In this document: one piece after another, positions 25,572 to 34,340 of the stretch | Layout of the letters: the number at the start of each line of letters is the position of its first letter | How positions within the stretch are numbered: the stretch's first letter is position 1 | Translations under genes and position numbers: made by a program | Virus record (IMG/VR): IMGVR_UViG_3300020045_003826 | Location: 1 to 34,340 of that record | Direction: 5' to 3' (one strand) | DNA from: a virus | Taxonomy: Duplodnaviria > Caudoviricetes | Length of the DNA stretch: 34,340 nt | The notes under the pieces: model-generated | Database searches by the model: none | Told to the model about the DNA's origin: nothing | Seen by the model: only the letters and a program-made list of their open reading frames with translations

Positions 25572-25802
25572 GTGGGTAAATCAATAAAATCGGGCATAAA
25601 AACTAAAAATCACATCACGAAAAAAGTGCAAAATTTTTTATACCGTGACGATGTGGTTAATGTATCTACGATTAAACGAATATTTAAAGCGAACAGTTTA
25701 GAAGAGCAGCCTCAGTTAGATATTATTGACCATGATTATTATTACGGAACAGAAAACTGCAGTTGTCAGTATTGTTTAATGCAATTTTATTATTACGAGT
25801 AA
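25572..25802 (+). CDS. Moron beside attP with CxCxxC, probably leaderless
   Basis: TATATTTG 25560-25567, GTG at the fifth nt after it; convergent with lysis genes. Confidence 0.55.
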   Translation: MGKSIKSGIKTKNHITKKVQNFLYRDDVVNVSTIKRIFKANSLEEQPQLDIIDHDYYYGTENCSCQYCLMQFYYYE

Positions 25803-26372
25803 TTAAGGAATAACCTTACCAACTCCAAACCTCAAACTTTCATCAGTAGCAACTCCTAAAATAAAACCATGTTTTGCACCTTTCCAATATCCAGAACGTT
25901 TTGCTTTTGGTATTGAATCGTTACGAAGTGATACTATTTTAGTACTGTCCGTATATCGGGTATAGTTTTTAAGTGTAATTACATCTTTTTGATTACCAAT
26001 AATACTATCACTTTTATGCTGTGCTTTTGTTTGACTACTGATAATATTATTGTTTATACTATCAGTTTTAAGGCATTCAACATACAATACTTCAACTGCT
26101 TTTTTACAAGTGGAATCTACTACATAAATAAGGCTGTCATGGATTCTAGTTTTACCGGCAATATATTTAGGCTTCAACTTTAACAAACTATCGGTTTTAT
26201 TCTTTTCAATTCCTAATTCATAAGTTAACCGTTCAACTTCTTTTAGTTTTTGGGCTTCTAATGGATTGGTAATTGTTGAGATAGTCGGTTTTTTGTCGCA
26301 TCCGTTAAAGTAGATTATAACACCTACTAAAACTGCTATAATTATTAGGTAAATATATTTTGGATTTTTCAT
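25803..26372 (-). CDS. Spanin-like membrane/lipoprotein
   Basis: Start ATG 26372; N-terminal hydrophobic helix ending FNGC, coiled coil, Gly-rich hydrophobic C-terminus; last lysis gene. Confidence 0.5.
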   Translation of the reverse strand: MKNPKYIYLIIIAVLVGVIIYFNGCDKKPTISTITNPLEAQKLKEVERLTYELGIEKNKTDSLLKLKPKYIAGKTRIHDSLIYVVDSTCKKAVEVLYVECLKTDSINNNIISSQTKAQHKSDSIIGNQKDVITLKNYTRYTDSTKIVSLRNDSIPKAKRSGYWKGAKHGFILGVATDESLRFGVGKVIP

Positions 26373-26394
26373 AATTGTTTTATATATTTGTACA

Positions 26395-26486
26395 ATAATA
26401 AGTGTAACCCATTTTTTATTCAAATAAAACCTCTCACAGTTTTTTTTATAAATGAGCCAGTAATAGAAATGTTCCTGGCTTTTTTT
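26395..26486 (+). ncRNA. Candidate sRNA antisense to the lysis operon
   Basis: TTTG 26359-26362, N20, TATATTTG 26383-26390; terminator AGCCAG-N14-CTGGC-T7 at 26455-26486. Confidence 0.6.
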
Positions 26487-26491
26487 GTAAG

Positions 26492-26677
26492 CTATTCTAC
26501 GCCTTTAATAGTTGAAATTTTACCACCCAATGCAGGCAAACAAACTACTAATATTTTTATAATATCATTTGGTTTCGATAAATCAATAGTATTGAAATCA
26601 ATTAAAGCTAAAGCCATTACTAATGAGGTAATTAATCCAAAAGCAGTTGCTGCTAAATCCTTTTTTTTCTTTGTCAT
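26492..26677 (-). CDS. Holin (2 TM)
   Basis: 61 aa, two hydrophobic helices, basic N-terminus, next to endolysin. Confidence 0.65.
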   Translation of the reverse strand: MTKKKKDLAATAFGLITSLVMALALIDFNTIDLSKPNDIIKILVVCLPALGGKISTIKGVE

Positions 26678-26679
26678 TA

Positions 26680-27270
26680 TTATAAATTTTTAAGCATTTC
26701 TATTAAATTAAATTGAGGACTCATATCGTTTTTATCTGTCCGATACGAAACGTGTGTATAAATCCCATTTTTGCCCGATAAAGCATTTTGTGAAATATCC
26801 CACATATCAGAATTATAAGTACGGTTAATTGAATATTTAGCGCAAAGTTCTAAAATCAGTTTCCTTAAAGCTGCTAATTGTAAGTCGTTGTATTTATGGT
26901 AATATTCGAAACCTCTGAACTTTGCGATTTGAACAACTTGATCTGCAGGAACTTCTTTATTTATGTAGTTTAAATATTTATCCCCTACCTTTTTTAATTG
27001 TCCCCAATTACATACTTCAATACCGATGCTATTTTTATTTAATTGGGTATTACTAATTGATTTTAAACCTAAATGATAAGCCCAATATTGGTCTTCAAAA
27101 GCAGTTTTAACAATTCCTAAACTATCAATTACATAAGCCGTTCCAACTCGTTCAGGATTAAAATCCCAACCATGTATAACGTTATCAGCATTACCACCTC
27201 CTGCAGTATGATGCAAAACGATTTGATTTTTAAATGATTTTTCTTTGAAGTATTGAGTATCTTTTATCAT
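26680..27270 (-). CDS. Endolysin, N-acetylmuramoyl-L-alanine amidase (Amidase_2)
   Basis: IVLHHTAG, AYHLG, SIGIEVCN, THVSYRTDKND. Confidence 0.88.
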   Translation of the reverse strand: MIKDTQYFKEKSFKNQIVLHHTAGGGNADNVIHGWDFNPERVGTAYVIDSLGIVKTAFEDQYWAYHLGLKSISNTQLNKNSIGIEVCNWGQLKKVGDKYLNYINKEVPADQVVQIAKFRGFEYYHKYNDLQLAALRKLILELCAKYSINRTYNSDMWDISQNALSGKNGIYTHVSYRTDKNDMSPQFNLIEMLKNL

Positions 27271-27272
27271 AG

Positions 27273-27620
27273 TTATTTAAAAAAATGTTCTTTAATTAAT
27301 GTTAGTATATAAAATACAACACCACCGACAGCTCCAATAATCCACTTAACCCAACCTTTATCATTCTTTAATAAAGCATCTTCTATTACTTTAGTTTTCT
27401 CTATAACTATAACTTTAGCTTCCACATCTATAATATATCCCCTCAATTTTCCAAGCTCCTTTATAACTCCTAAATGACTAATTTCATCATCACCAAATAA
27501 CCCTTGTTCAATCCTATGCAAAGATTTTTGAGCATTCGATATGCCTTGTTCTAAATTAGCGACCTTATGACTTAAGTCGTTATTCTGTTTTGTTAGTGTA
27601 GTTATTTCGGCTGTACTCAT
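27273..27620 (-). CDS. Coiled-coil protein with C-terminal TM (holin/antiholin-like)
   Basis: 115 aa; WIIGAVGGVVFYILTLI; upstream of endolysin. Confidence 0.55.
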   Translation of the reverse strand: MSTAEITTLTKQNNDLSHKVANLEQGISNAQKSLHRIEQGLFGDDEISHLGVIKELGKLRGYIIDVEAKVIVIEKTKVIEDALLKNDKGWVKWIIGAVGGVVFYILTLIKEHFFK

Positions 27621-27648
27621 ATATTAATCTGTTCTTTGAGGCAAGGGG

Positions 27649-28284
27649 TTAAATAAGTGATTGGATTTTAGTTACTAATGTTGGTATTACTGTACTATCT
27701 CTACCAACTTTAGTGTGATGTAATTTATCCGTAAAGTAATTAGTCGCATTACTAGCGTCGGCTCTTGTATCAAAAATCAACTCTGCTCCAATATCCCAAA
27801 CCGAATATCCATAGGTTGATGCATTACTTCTAACTAATGCGTTGTAGTCTGAGATCCTGGTCATTAAGTCACCAGGATCCGAAACATAATCGCGAGCAGT
27901 AACTGTACCTATAATTATCTTATTTGTTTTAGTTGTTACTAAATTTAACCACCCAACAACATTAGCAAACGCACTAGCTCCACTTAATGCATTTAAGTAC
28001 ATATCGTTTGTCCCTTCCCAATAAACTACAATATCATTTGACTGTAAATTATTCATTATTTTAGAAGATGCTGCTGCCAAAATTTGAGTTCCTGTTTGTC
28101 CGCTAATTGCAAATGAAAACATTGCTAAATTATTTCCTAATAATTGTGAATAAGCCTGAGATGGCACGTATTCAAATCCGTAATTGGAAGTTGCAGAACT
28201 ATCGGCACTACCTAAATCAAACAACGAATTACCTTCAAAAAATAATTTCCTTTGTTTTATTGGTGGTAATTTTCTCTTTATCAT
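27649..28284 (-). CDS. SGNH/GDSL esterase
   Basis: Blocks EGNSL, ISGQT, EGTND, DKLH; TAATG-coupled to tail fibre. Confidence 0.85.
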   Translation of the reverse strand: MIKRKLPPIKQRKLFFEGNSLFDLGSADSSATSNYGFEYVPSQAYSQLLGNNLAMFSFAISGQTGTQILAAASSKIMNNLQSNDIVVYWEGTNDMYLNALSGASAFANVVGWLNLVTTKTNKIIIGTVTARDYVSDPGDLMTRISDYNALVRSNASTYGYSVWDIGAELIFDTRADASNATNYFTDKLHHTKVGRDSTVIPTLVTKIQSLI

Positions 28285-29594
28285 TATTGTGCCTCATATG
28301 TAATTAAGAAAAGAACATTTTTAGTACTGCCAGACGCACCCCATGCAGCACCAGCCACACTAGTCGTTATAACAGCTACATTACTTCCAGAAGTTATAGA
28401 CACCTTACCTTGCTTTACGGTACTAGAAGTATCTACAACAGTACACGCATAAGACATTGTAATATTTGAAACATGAGATAGTGTAATGGTGCAAGTTGTT
28501 CCGCTTGACGTTCCTAATCCAGAAGCGTATAAACTATTTATAACAGTCTTGCTACCATCATTATATACTTTTGCCACTATTCCCGTAGGGTCAGCACTAA
28601 ACCCTGTATAAGTTGGAACCCATGTAGTCCACACCCCAGCTTGATTTGGTTGGTACGAGGCACATTTCCAATTACCACTACCCTCACTAATAAATGTAGC
28701 TGAGTCGCCTGCGATTGTTGTAATATTTAAACCGCCTGGCAAAATTAAAGATGTTGCATTATGCGTTAATGTCAATATCCCATCAAAAACAACATCTATT
28801 TTAGTGCCTGCCTGTAAAGTTCCAAACGCTGTTATTGTTGTGGTTCCTGTAATGTGAACTAAATTTCCAGTTGCAGTTGACAAATCGGTTGTTGTTGCAC
28901 TTGCTATATTTGTGCTTTTGGCTAGTTTTAATAATCCTGTTAATGCGCCACCAGATAATTGTAGGTAAGTGCTATTTAAAGTAGCTTTAATATTTGCCCA
29001 TGTAACCGATTTAAACAAACTATTTGCAACATCCCAAATACCTATTTTATCAGCGTCTAAAGGGGTTGGATAATTTGTTGCTATATTATTTTGATTAACC
29101 GTTGCAACTTCAACACCGTTTTTTGTTACGCTCGGAGCGTCTAAATCAATTTGAGTACCGTGTTTAATTACGGTCTTGGCTATCTTAACTTGAATGTATC
29201 TAGGTGAAAGAGGTGTGCCCTCAAATACACCAACAATACCGTTATCATTAGCAATTTGCGCTAATGCCTCAGAAACATAAACATAGCCTTTATTACTTGT
29301 ACCTGACCTTATATCGGTATATCCGTTTTTAATTGATGTAGTTGATGTACCGTCATCGCTAGTAATATCTTGTTCGCCCGTTTTCTTATCAACAGCTAAT
29401 GTTTGAGCAAGTGATTGAGCTGAGCCACCACCTAAGAATGGTAAAGCGGATAAGGTAGTGATGCCGTCACCTTTTTTGAAAGTTCCACTATTATCATTTA
29501 AATAAACTAACTGTCCATCCGCTAATAATCTTGATGCATTAGCTGTAAACCATGCACTGCTTTTATTACCTAATCTAACTATTGCATTTGCCAT
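28284..29594 (-). CDS. Tail fibre with Mtd-N/hyaluronidase-type N-terminal anchor
   Basis: LADGQLVYLND..FKKGDGITTLSALPF; Thr/Gly/Ser-rich mosaic modules. Confidence 0.75.
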   Translation of the reverse strand: MANAIVRLGNKSSAWFTANASRLLADGQLVYLNDNSGTFKKGDGITTLSALPFLGGGSAQSLAQTLAVDKKTGEQDITSDDGTSTTSIKNGYTDIRSGTSNKGYVYVSEALAQIANDNGIVGVFEGTPLSPRYIQVKIAKTVIKHGTQIDLDAPSVTKNGVEVATVNQNNIATNYPTPLDADKIGIWDVANSLFKSVTWANIKATLNSTYLQLSGGALTGLLKLAKSTNIASATTTDLSTATGNLVHITGTTTITAFGTLQAGTKIDVVFDGILTLTHNATSLILPGGLNITTIAGDSATFISEGSGNWKCASYQPNQAGVWTTWVPTYTGFSADPTGIVAKVYNDGSKTVINSLYASGLGTSSGTTCTITLSHVSNITMSYACTVVDTSSTVKQGKVSITSGSNVAVITTSVAGAAWGASGSTKNVLFLITYEAQ

Positions 29595-32500
29595 TAACTT
29601 CTAAACTTTTTTAATTTATTAAATTCCTGTATAAACGTTAATACTACCGATGCTAATTTTGACTTTTTAGGATAAAATTTAGGATCATAACCACTTTTTA
29701 CAATAACTTTTTTCTTATAATAATTCTCAAAGTTACTAAAATTATAATCAGTAATCAACTTATTGTCAGCCATTAAAATGTCAGTACGGAGAACGTTATG
29801 TTTAAATGCTGGAATTGGTTTTAATTCAAGTGTATATTCTGGCTCTTGTTCTAATTCAACAGCCTGTCTTTGCCCACTTGTATAAACAACATCCTCTTCT
29901 TTTAAAGGAGCTGATTTAAACATAAACATTCCATTAAATCTATGTTGATTATACCAATTTAACTGACCGAAATCTCTTTGCTTTTCATCATTTTTAGAGT
30001 CACCTAATAATCCATTTATAATATATTCAATTCTAACTGTACCGTTAGCCCGTGAATCGTTATACTGAGATAGACAGTAAGTTTCTGAGTACTGAGTAGT
30101 AGTACCTCCAAAAATAGAAGTCGATACGCATTTTAACTGATAAGAACCCTCGCCAATTACGGTTAAAACTTTTTTCCACTCAATCTCATAACCTACCATT
30201 TTCTCGTTAAATCCATTGGTATTGAATCCGTAATTATAAGGAGTGCCGTAAGTAGTTACACTATTTAAAGCTACGCTAGTACCGTCTGGCTTAATTAAAC
30301 TAATTATAGCGGTATCAATAGCCTCTTCATTAAACCACCATAAGAAGCGGTTTTTATCGTTTTTAAGTTCATCACTTGTTGCTGTATCTGCTAAAACATT
30401 CCATACTAAGTCACCACAACAATCTAATTGATTAGGTGGTAAAACAATAGTTTCAGTAAATACAGGATTCTCGCTAATCATTGTAAACTCAGCGCTTGCT
30501 AAATATCCGTAAGCATCTATATCCATAGCAACTGAGGACATTTTATCTGTATCGTTGTCAACCCTGGCTGTTATTTTCCATTTATTTTTACCTACCAAAG
30601 ACTGTATTGCTAAATAATCAATTTCAACCTCTGCTAATATGGTTGTAGATGTAGGATTTGATACCTTAACTTTTGTTTCGCCTGTTAATGGTATGAACCA
30701 CGTATCAGAATCACTAACGTATAAACTTGACATCCTACGCTTACCAATAGTACCACCCTCTTCAAAAACTTCTAATCCTATAACCACTTCTGGCTTTGAT
30801 GAAGTCATTGTAGGGCAATTAAATAAGGCTTTTACTAATGTATTTTTATACCCTAAAATATATCTCGTACCGGTTCCGTTTACTAATTCAGTTGCACCAT
30901 CATATGTTTTAATAGTAAATGTGATGTCGTTATCTGGAGCAACGTGCGTGTAATTCCTATCAAATGATTTGAAGTTTGTGTATCCAGTATATGAAGCTGG
31001 CGAACCGTTAACCTTTGTTGATATTTCACATTCATATCTTAATATCCAGTCACCACCGTAACCAATGTTACTATACTTATACCAATCATTATTTAAATTA
31101 TTATTTGGTTTTGTTGAATCAAAGAAAAAAGAGTTACCGTTTTCGATAGCGGTCCAGTAATCCCATCTAACTAAAAACGGGTAAGAAAATTGAAATTCAC
31201 CTGGAGTTGATAAACTTTTAGCTGTTAATTGCTTTCTAATTTCAGTAGATGGAACCCTTATATTTATATCCTGAGCTATATCAAAGTTTTGAAAACCACT
31301 AACTACATTTACATAAGGCAAAGTAATGGTTTTACTTTCTAATGTAAATTTTTCATCTGTTACCGTATTATAAGCGATAATTCTATGAGCAACTTTTGTT
31401 AATTCAACAGATGTCACTAAGGGGTCAGTACCTACTGTTATTTTAGTATAACCGACTAACTCATCCTCTGCAAAAGTAGTTCCAATTGAATAGGCTGTTG
31501 CATCTAAAACGTTTGTTATATGTGGAATTAATTTTTTACGATTGAAGGTTATTAAATTTGGGAATGCTGCCTTATAATAAAATTTATTAAAATCAACTTT
31601 TACATTTGCTCTGTCAGCTAATACGCCTAATGTTGTATGATCTTGAATTGATACCCAAAACATATAGCTAGGTACATCCGACTCTTCAAAAACAGAAACG
31701 CTATTAGCATGGAATGAAAGTTTCCCTGTGATTGTTATTTTAGTAGAGCTATTTCTAGTCGCCTTTAAATCACTTAAAGAACGCATTGTTGTATCTGCGT
31801 AATTATCTCCATTTACTGCAACTGGTACTGCCTGAACGGTTAATAGTGCTTTATCCCAAACAAAGTTGTGTTTTAAGTCCCTACCGTTTGCCTGGTATTC
31901 AGTTTCAGAGATACAAGCCTTTGCAAAATTTATAACTAATTTAGAAGATGCTGCCACAAAAACAGGATCCGTGTTGTTTATTTCAAAACTGAAACTCGTT
32001 ACATTTCCAGGTAATAATTGAGGGGTTGGTATTGCAACAGCTAAACTATCAGTATAAGCTAAATTACCTAAACTAAAATTAGTTAAACTGCTATTAAAAT
32101 TTTCGTTAAAATAGCCCGTGTTACCTAATGTTAAATCATCTTCAAAAGTTTGTATTCTATTAGGGTCAGTTAAATTATAACGAGCCTCAAAATAAAATAC
32201 AGGCTTCATACACGCTAAATCATAGAATGTAGGAGGTTTAATTCCAGCTTGTATATCATCCCATTGTTCAGCTAACATGACGGGTGTTATTCTACACGTA
32301 TGTTTGATTATAAAGTTTGAACTATAAATTGGACTAGTAACCAAACTAACCTCGTCAACCGTTATAGTACCATCTTGATAACAAAGTGATCCAATCATAG
32401 CCATAGGTAAATTTGTACCAGCTCCAGCTGGATTAAGACCTGTTATTGTGGCTAATTGTGTAGTACCATCTATTTTTGAATAGTAGTTAGTTGCCTCATC

Positions 32501-32932
32501 ATTTTCAATCCAATTATGTTTATATGAAAGTGATGTTACAGGCGTAGCTAAACTTAAGGCAGTCGTAGTTCCAGCAGCATTGGCAGCCCACGCTACCGGA
32601 TTAGTGGCAAATTGTATCTCGGTATTTGATAATTTATCGACAATAACTAAACCTGTTGTTAATGTAGCTAAACCAAAATCGTAATAACTTAAAGTGTCAC
32701 CTATGTTGAATTTAGAAAAGTCACCACCCGTTACCCACGGTTTGCCAGCCGTTACAATATAACCGTCTGTATTATTTAATACCCATGCTGAACTAGATGA
32801 GGCTAAAACATATTCTTTAACTGAAATATTATGAGTTATCACAATTTTTTCCCCAACATTTGCCAAAGCAAAATTAACAGGTGTACTATCTAATTCGTTT
32901 GTGAATGTTCTTGATGTTATGTATACTGACAT
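29594..32932 (-). CDS. Large tail/baseplate structural protein
   Basis: 1112 aa, beta-rich, in tail operon. Confidence 0.65.
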   Translation of the reverse strand: MSVYITSRTFTNELDSTPVNFALANVGEKIVITHNISVKEYVLASSSSAWVLNNTDGYIVTAGKPWVTGGDFSKFNIGDTLSYYDFGLATLTTGLVIVDKLSNTEIQFATNPVAWAANAAGTTTALSLATPVTSLSYKHNWIENDEATNYYSKIDGTTQLATITGLNPAGAGTNLPMAMIGSLCYQDGTITVDEVSLVTSPIYSSNFIIKHTCRITPVMLAEQWDDIQAGIKPPTFYDLACMKPVFYFEARYNLTDPNRIQTFEDDLTLGNTGYFNENFNSSLTNFSLGNLAYTDSLAVAIPTPQLLPGNVTSFSFEINNTDPVFVAASSKLVINFAKACISETEYQANGRDLKHNFVWDKALLTVQAVPVAVNGDNYADTTMRSLSDLKATRNSSTKITITGKLSFHANSVSVFEESDVPSYMFWVSIQDHTTLGVLADRANVKVDFNKFYYKAAFPNLITFNRKKLIPHITNVLDATAYSIGTTFAEDELVGYTKITVGTDPLVTSVELTKVAHRIIAYNTVTDEKFTLESKTITLPYVNVVSGFQNFDIAQDINIRVPSTEIRKQLTAKSLSTPGEFQFSYPFLVRWDYWTAIENGNSFFFDSTKPNNNLNNDWYKYSNIGYGGDWILRYECEISTKVNGSPASYTGYTNFKSFDRNYTHVAPDNDITFTIKTYDGATELVNGTGTRYILGYKNTLVKALFNCPTMTSSKPEVVIGLEVFEEGGTIGKRRMSSLYVSDSDTWFIPLTGETKVKVSNPTSTTILAEVEIDYLAIQSLVGKNKWKITARVDNDTDKMSSVAMDIDAYGYLASAEFTMISENPVFTETIVLPPNQLDCCGDLVWNVLADTATSDELKNDKNRFLWWFNEEAIDTAIISLIKPDGTSVALNSVTTYGTPYNYGFNTNGFNEKMVGYEIEWKKVLTVIGEGSYQLKCVSTSIFGGTTTQYSETYCLSQYNDSRANGTVRIEYIINGLLGDSKNDEKQRDFGQLNWYNQHRFNGMFMFKSAPLKEEDVVYTSGQRQAVELEQEPEYTLELKPIPAFKHNVLRTDILMADNKLITDYNFSNFENYYKKKVIVKSGYDPKFYPKKSKLASVVLTFIQEFNKLKKFRS

Positions 32933-32933
32933 A

Positions 32934-33155
32934 TTATTTAAAATTAAAATCTTGTTTAAATCCTTTTACTGATTGTTTTATTTCCTCTAGTTTGTCAGAA
33001 ACATTGTTACTATTCATGGTGTTTTGAAATTCAATTGCTTGATCTGGAGTCATGTGTTTAAATGATGCCTCGATGTTTCCAGGCAAAGTAGCCATTAACG
33101 AAGTAACGGATTTCATCATAGCCTCTAAGTGTATTTTCATGTCGTTATTTTCCAT
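32934..33155 (-). CDS. Small hypothetical tail-module protein
   Basis: 73 aa between tail genes. Confidence 0.6.
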   Translation of the reverse strand: MENNDMKIHLEAMMKSVTSLMATLPGNIEASFKHMTPDQAIEFQNTMNSNNVSDKLEEIKQSVKGFKQDFNFK

Positions 33156-34340
33156 CGGGTTCTAAATAAGATTGTTTTAAATTGTTAGTATATAATTTAT
33201 TAATTCGAACTTCAATAGTTGCTGTTTGATGCCAGGGATTCCATTTTACAGAATCGTAAATAGCATCTTCGTTATCACTCGTAAAACCAGTATTATTGTC
33301 TTTTAACTTTTCGTAATCTTCAAAAGTGAACGGTACATTGTCGTATGGTTCAATATAAAATTGGTTTCCATTTGGTTTATCGGCCGTTGGTAAAAAAGAA
33401 TTTACATAATGGTAATTATCCCATAAATATTTAGCTGAGAAATACGCATAATTTTGAGCGTGTAACTTATTAAACTTTGACTCACTACCCAAAGTCATAA
33501 CAAAAACCTTTGGCACGTTAATCATATCCTTTTCAATCTTTAGCATCCCGATTCTGTTACTCATCAAGTTTTTAAAGTTTGGCATATTGACCTTTGGAAT
33601 TAACGGTAATTGAAACTTCATTTTTATTCCAATAGTTGCTAATTTCTTTAGGATGTTATTAACCAAAGTGATAATAAGGTTAAGAACCGTTATGATAGCG
33701 TTTACCACCTTTACCAAAGCCCCTACAATTACATCAAATATCTTTAAGAACTCGCTTAGCACTTGTTCAGGCACCGTTAAATCTTCTTTACGTTTAGCTA
33801 ATGCACATTCCAATCTAACCTCTTCTAAACCTTTCATCATAACCATATTAGCATGATTTATAACGTTTGGCTCACATATTACTTGATAAGAAGTCCCCAA
33901 ATAATCCTGCATCGTATTTTTATCCACGCTATCAGTAGCAAATGAGATTAAATAATTTGCTTTAAACTCATCTAAGTTTAATTTAAAAGATGGGTTTCTA
34001 AAGTCGTAATTATTAGCTAAAGCAGGTAAAGTATACTGATTAGCTGAATCTATATGATCTACTCGATACATATAAATCACATTGTTTTTTATAATTATTT
34101 TAGCGTTATAAGTCTTTTTACAGAATCTGATTAAGTCACCGTAACTACCTTTATAAAACCCCTCCTGAGTAATGGATGGATCTGTAAATCCTAAAATAGA
34201 TTTCTCTTTTTTATTCGGTTCGTTAAAATACTTCTGAGGCATTAAATATGCATCGTTAAAAGGAGCAGTATCAAAAATAGGACTGCTAAAAGTCATACCT
34301 AAATACTCAGCACCTTTCTCTAATTGTGTTTTAATCGACA
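33145..34340 (-). CDS. Tail-tip/minor tail protein, 5'-truncated by window
   Basis: Frame stays open upstream of track ATG 34296 (SIKTQLEKGAEYLGM); amphipathic segment FDVIVGALVKVVNAIITVLNLII. Confidence 0.6.
   Translation of the reverse strand, partial: SIKTQLEKGAEYLGMTFSSPIFDTAPFNDAYLMPQKYFNEPNKKEKSILGFTDPSITQEGFYKGSYGDLIRFCKKTYNAKIIIKNNVIYMYRVDHIDSANQYTLPALANNYDFRNPSFKLNLDEFKANYLISFATDSVDKNTMQDYLGTSYQVICEPNVINHANMVMMKGLEEVRLECALAKRKEDLTVPEQVLSEFLKIFDVIVGALVKVVNAIITVLNLIITLVNNILKKLATIGIKMKFQLPLIPKVNMPNFKNLMSNRIGMLKIEKDMINVPKVFVMTLGSESKFNKLHAQNYAYFSAKYLWDNYHYVNSFLPTADKPNGNQFYIEPYDNVPFTFEDYEKLKDNNTGFTSDNEDAIYDSVKWNPWHQTATIEVRINKLYTNNLKQSYLEPDGK

Noticed and set aside
28284-29594. Diversity-generating retroelement suggested by the Mtd-like N-terminus
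   Set aside because: No reverse transcriptase or TR/VR pair seen in the window; the integrase-tail repeats differ synonymously, not only at adenines.
34301-34311. GCTGAGTATTT matching the integrase tail
   Set aside because: 11-nt match explained by AEY codons; no further homology.
1-34340. Stop-codon reassignment
   Set aside because: Core genes are full length in code 11; TAG and TGA act as stops (capsid, portal, int, repressor); the tRNA is not a suppressor.

Overview
An AT-rich temperate siphovirus-type phage genome, most likely infecting a Bacteroidota (Flavobacteriia-like) host. The host call rests on many TTTG-N19-21-TAnnTTTG promoters, A-rich pre-start regions without Shine-Dalgarno motifs, a Sec signal peptide followed by Gln, and a lipoprotein with a K/D/E export patch. 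The window looks like a circularly permuted, nearly complete genome opened inside the tail module, and attP appears intact. Left to right: tape-measure N-terminus and tail/neck genes (-); a tRNA-Met(CAT); HK97 capsid and protease (-); an inverted portal (+); a 4-gene moron; terL/terS (-); the immunity region; a long early operon (+) with YqaJ exonuclease, RusA, DUF1376 initiator, primase-helicase, an orphan methyltransferase and xis; tyrosine integrase (-) and attP; lysis genes, SGNH esterase, tail fibre and tail proteins (-). Most notable: (i) a 338-bp one-gene cassette flanked by two synonymously diverged copies of the integrase C-terminus, starting at the catalytic Tyr codon; (ii) an RNA regulatory layer, with an antisense sRNA whose loop complements the predicted 5' end of the lytic transcript and leaders whose 5' ends pair with a downstream hairpin loop; (iii) a 24-bp motif shared by the capsid, terminase and replication promoters; (iv) an initiator-type tRNA with a remodelled anticodon arm. 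All calls were made by eye; no database search or folding program was run.
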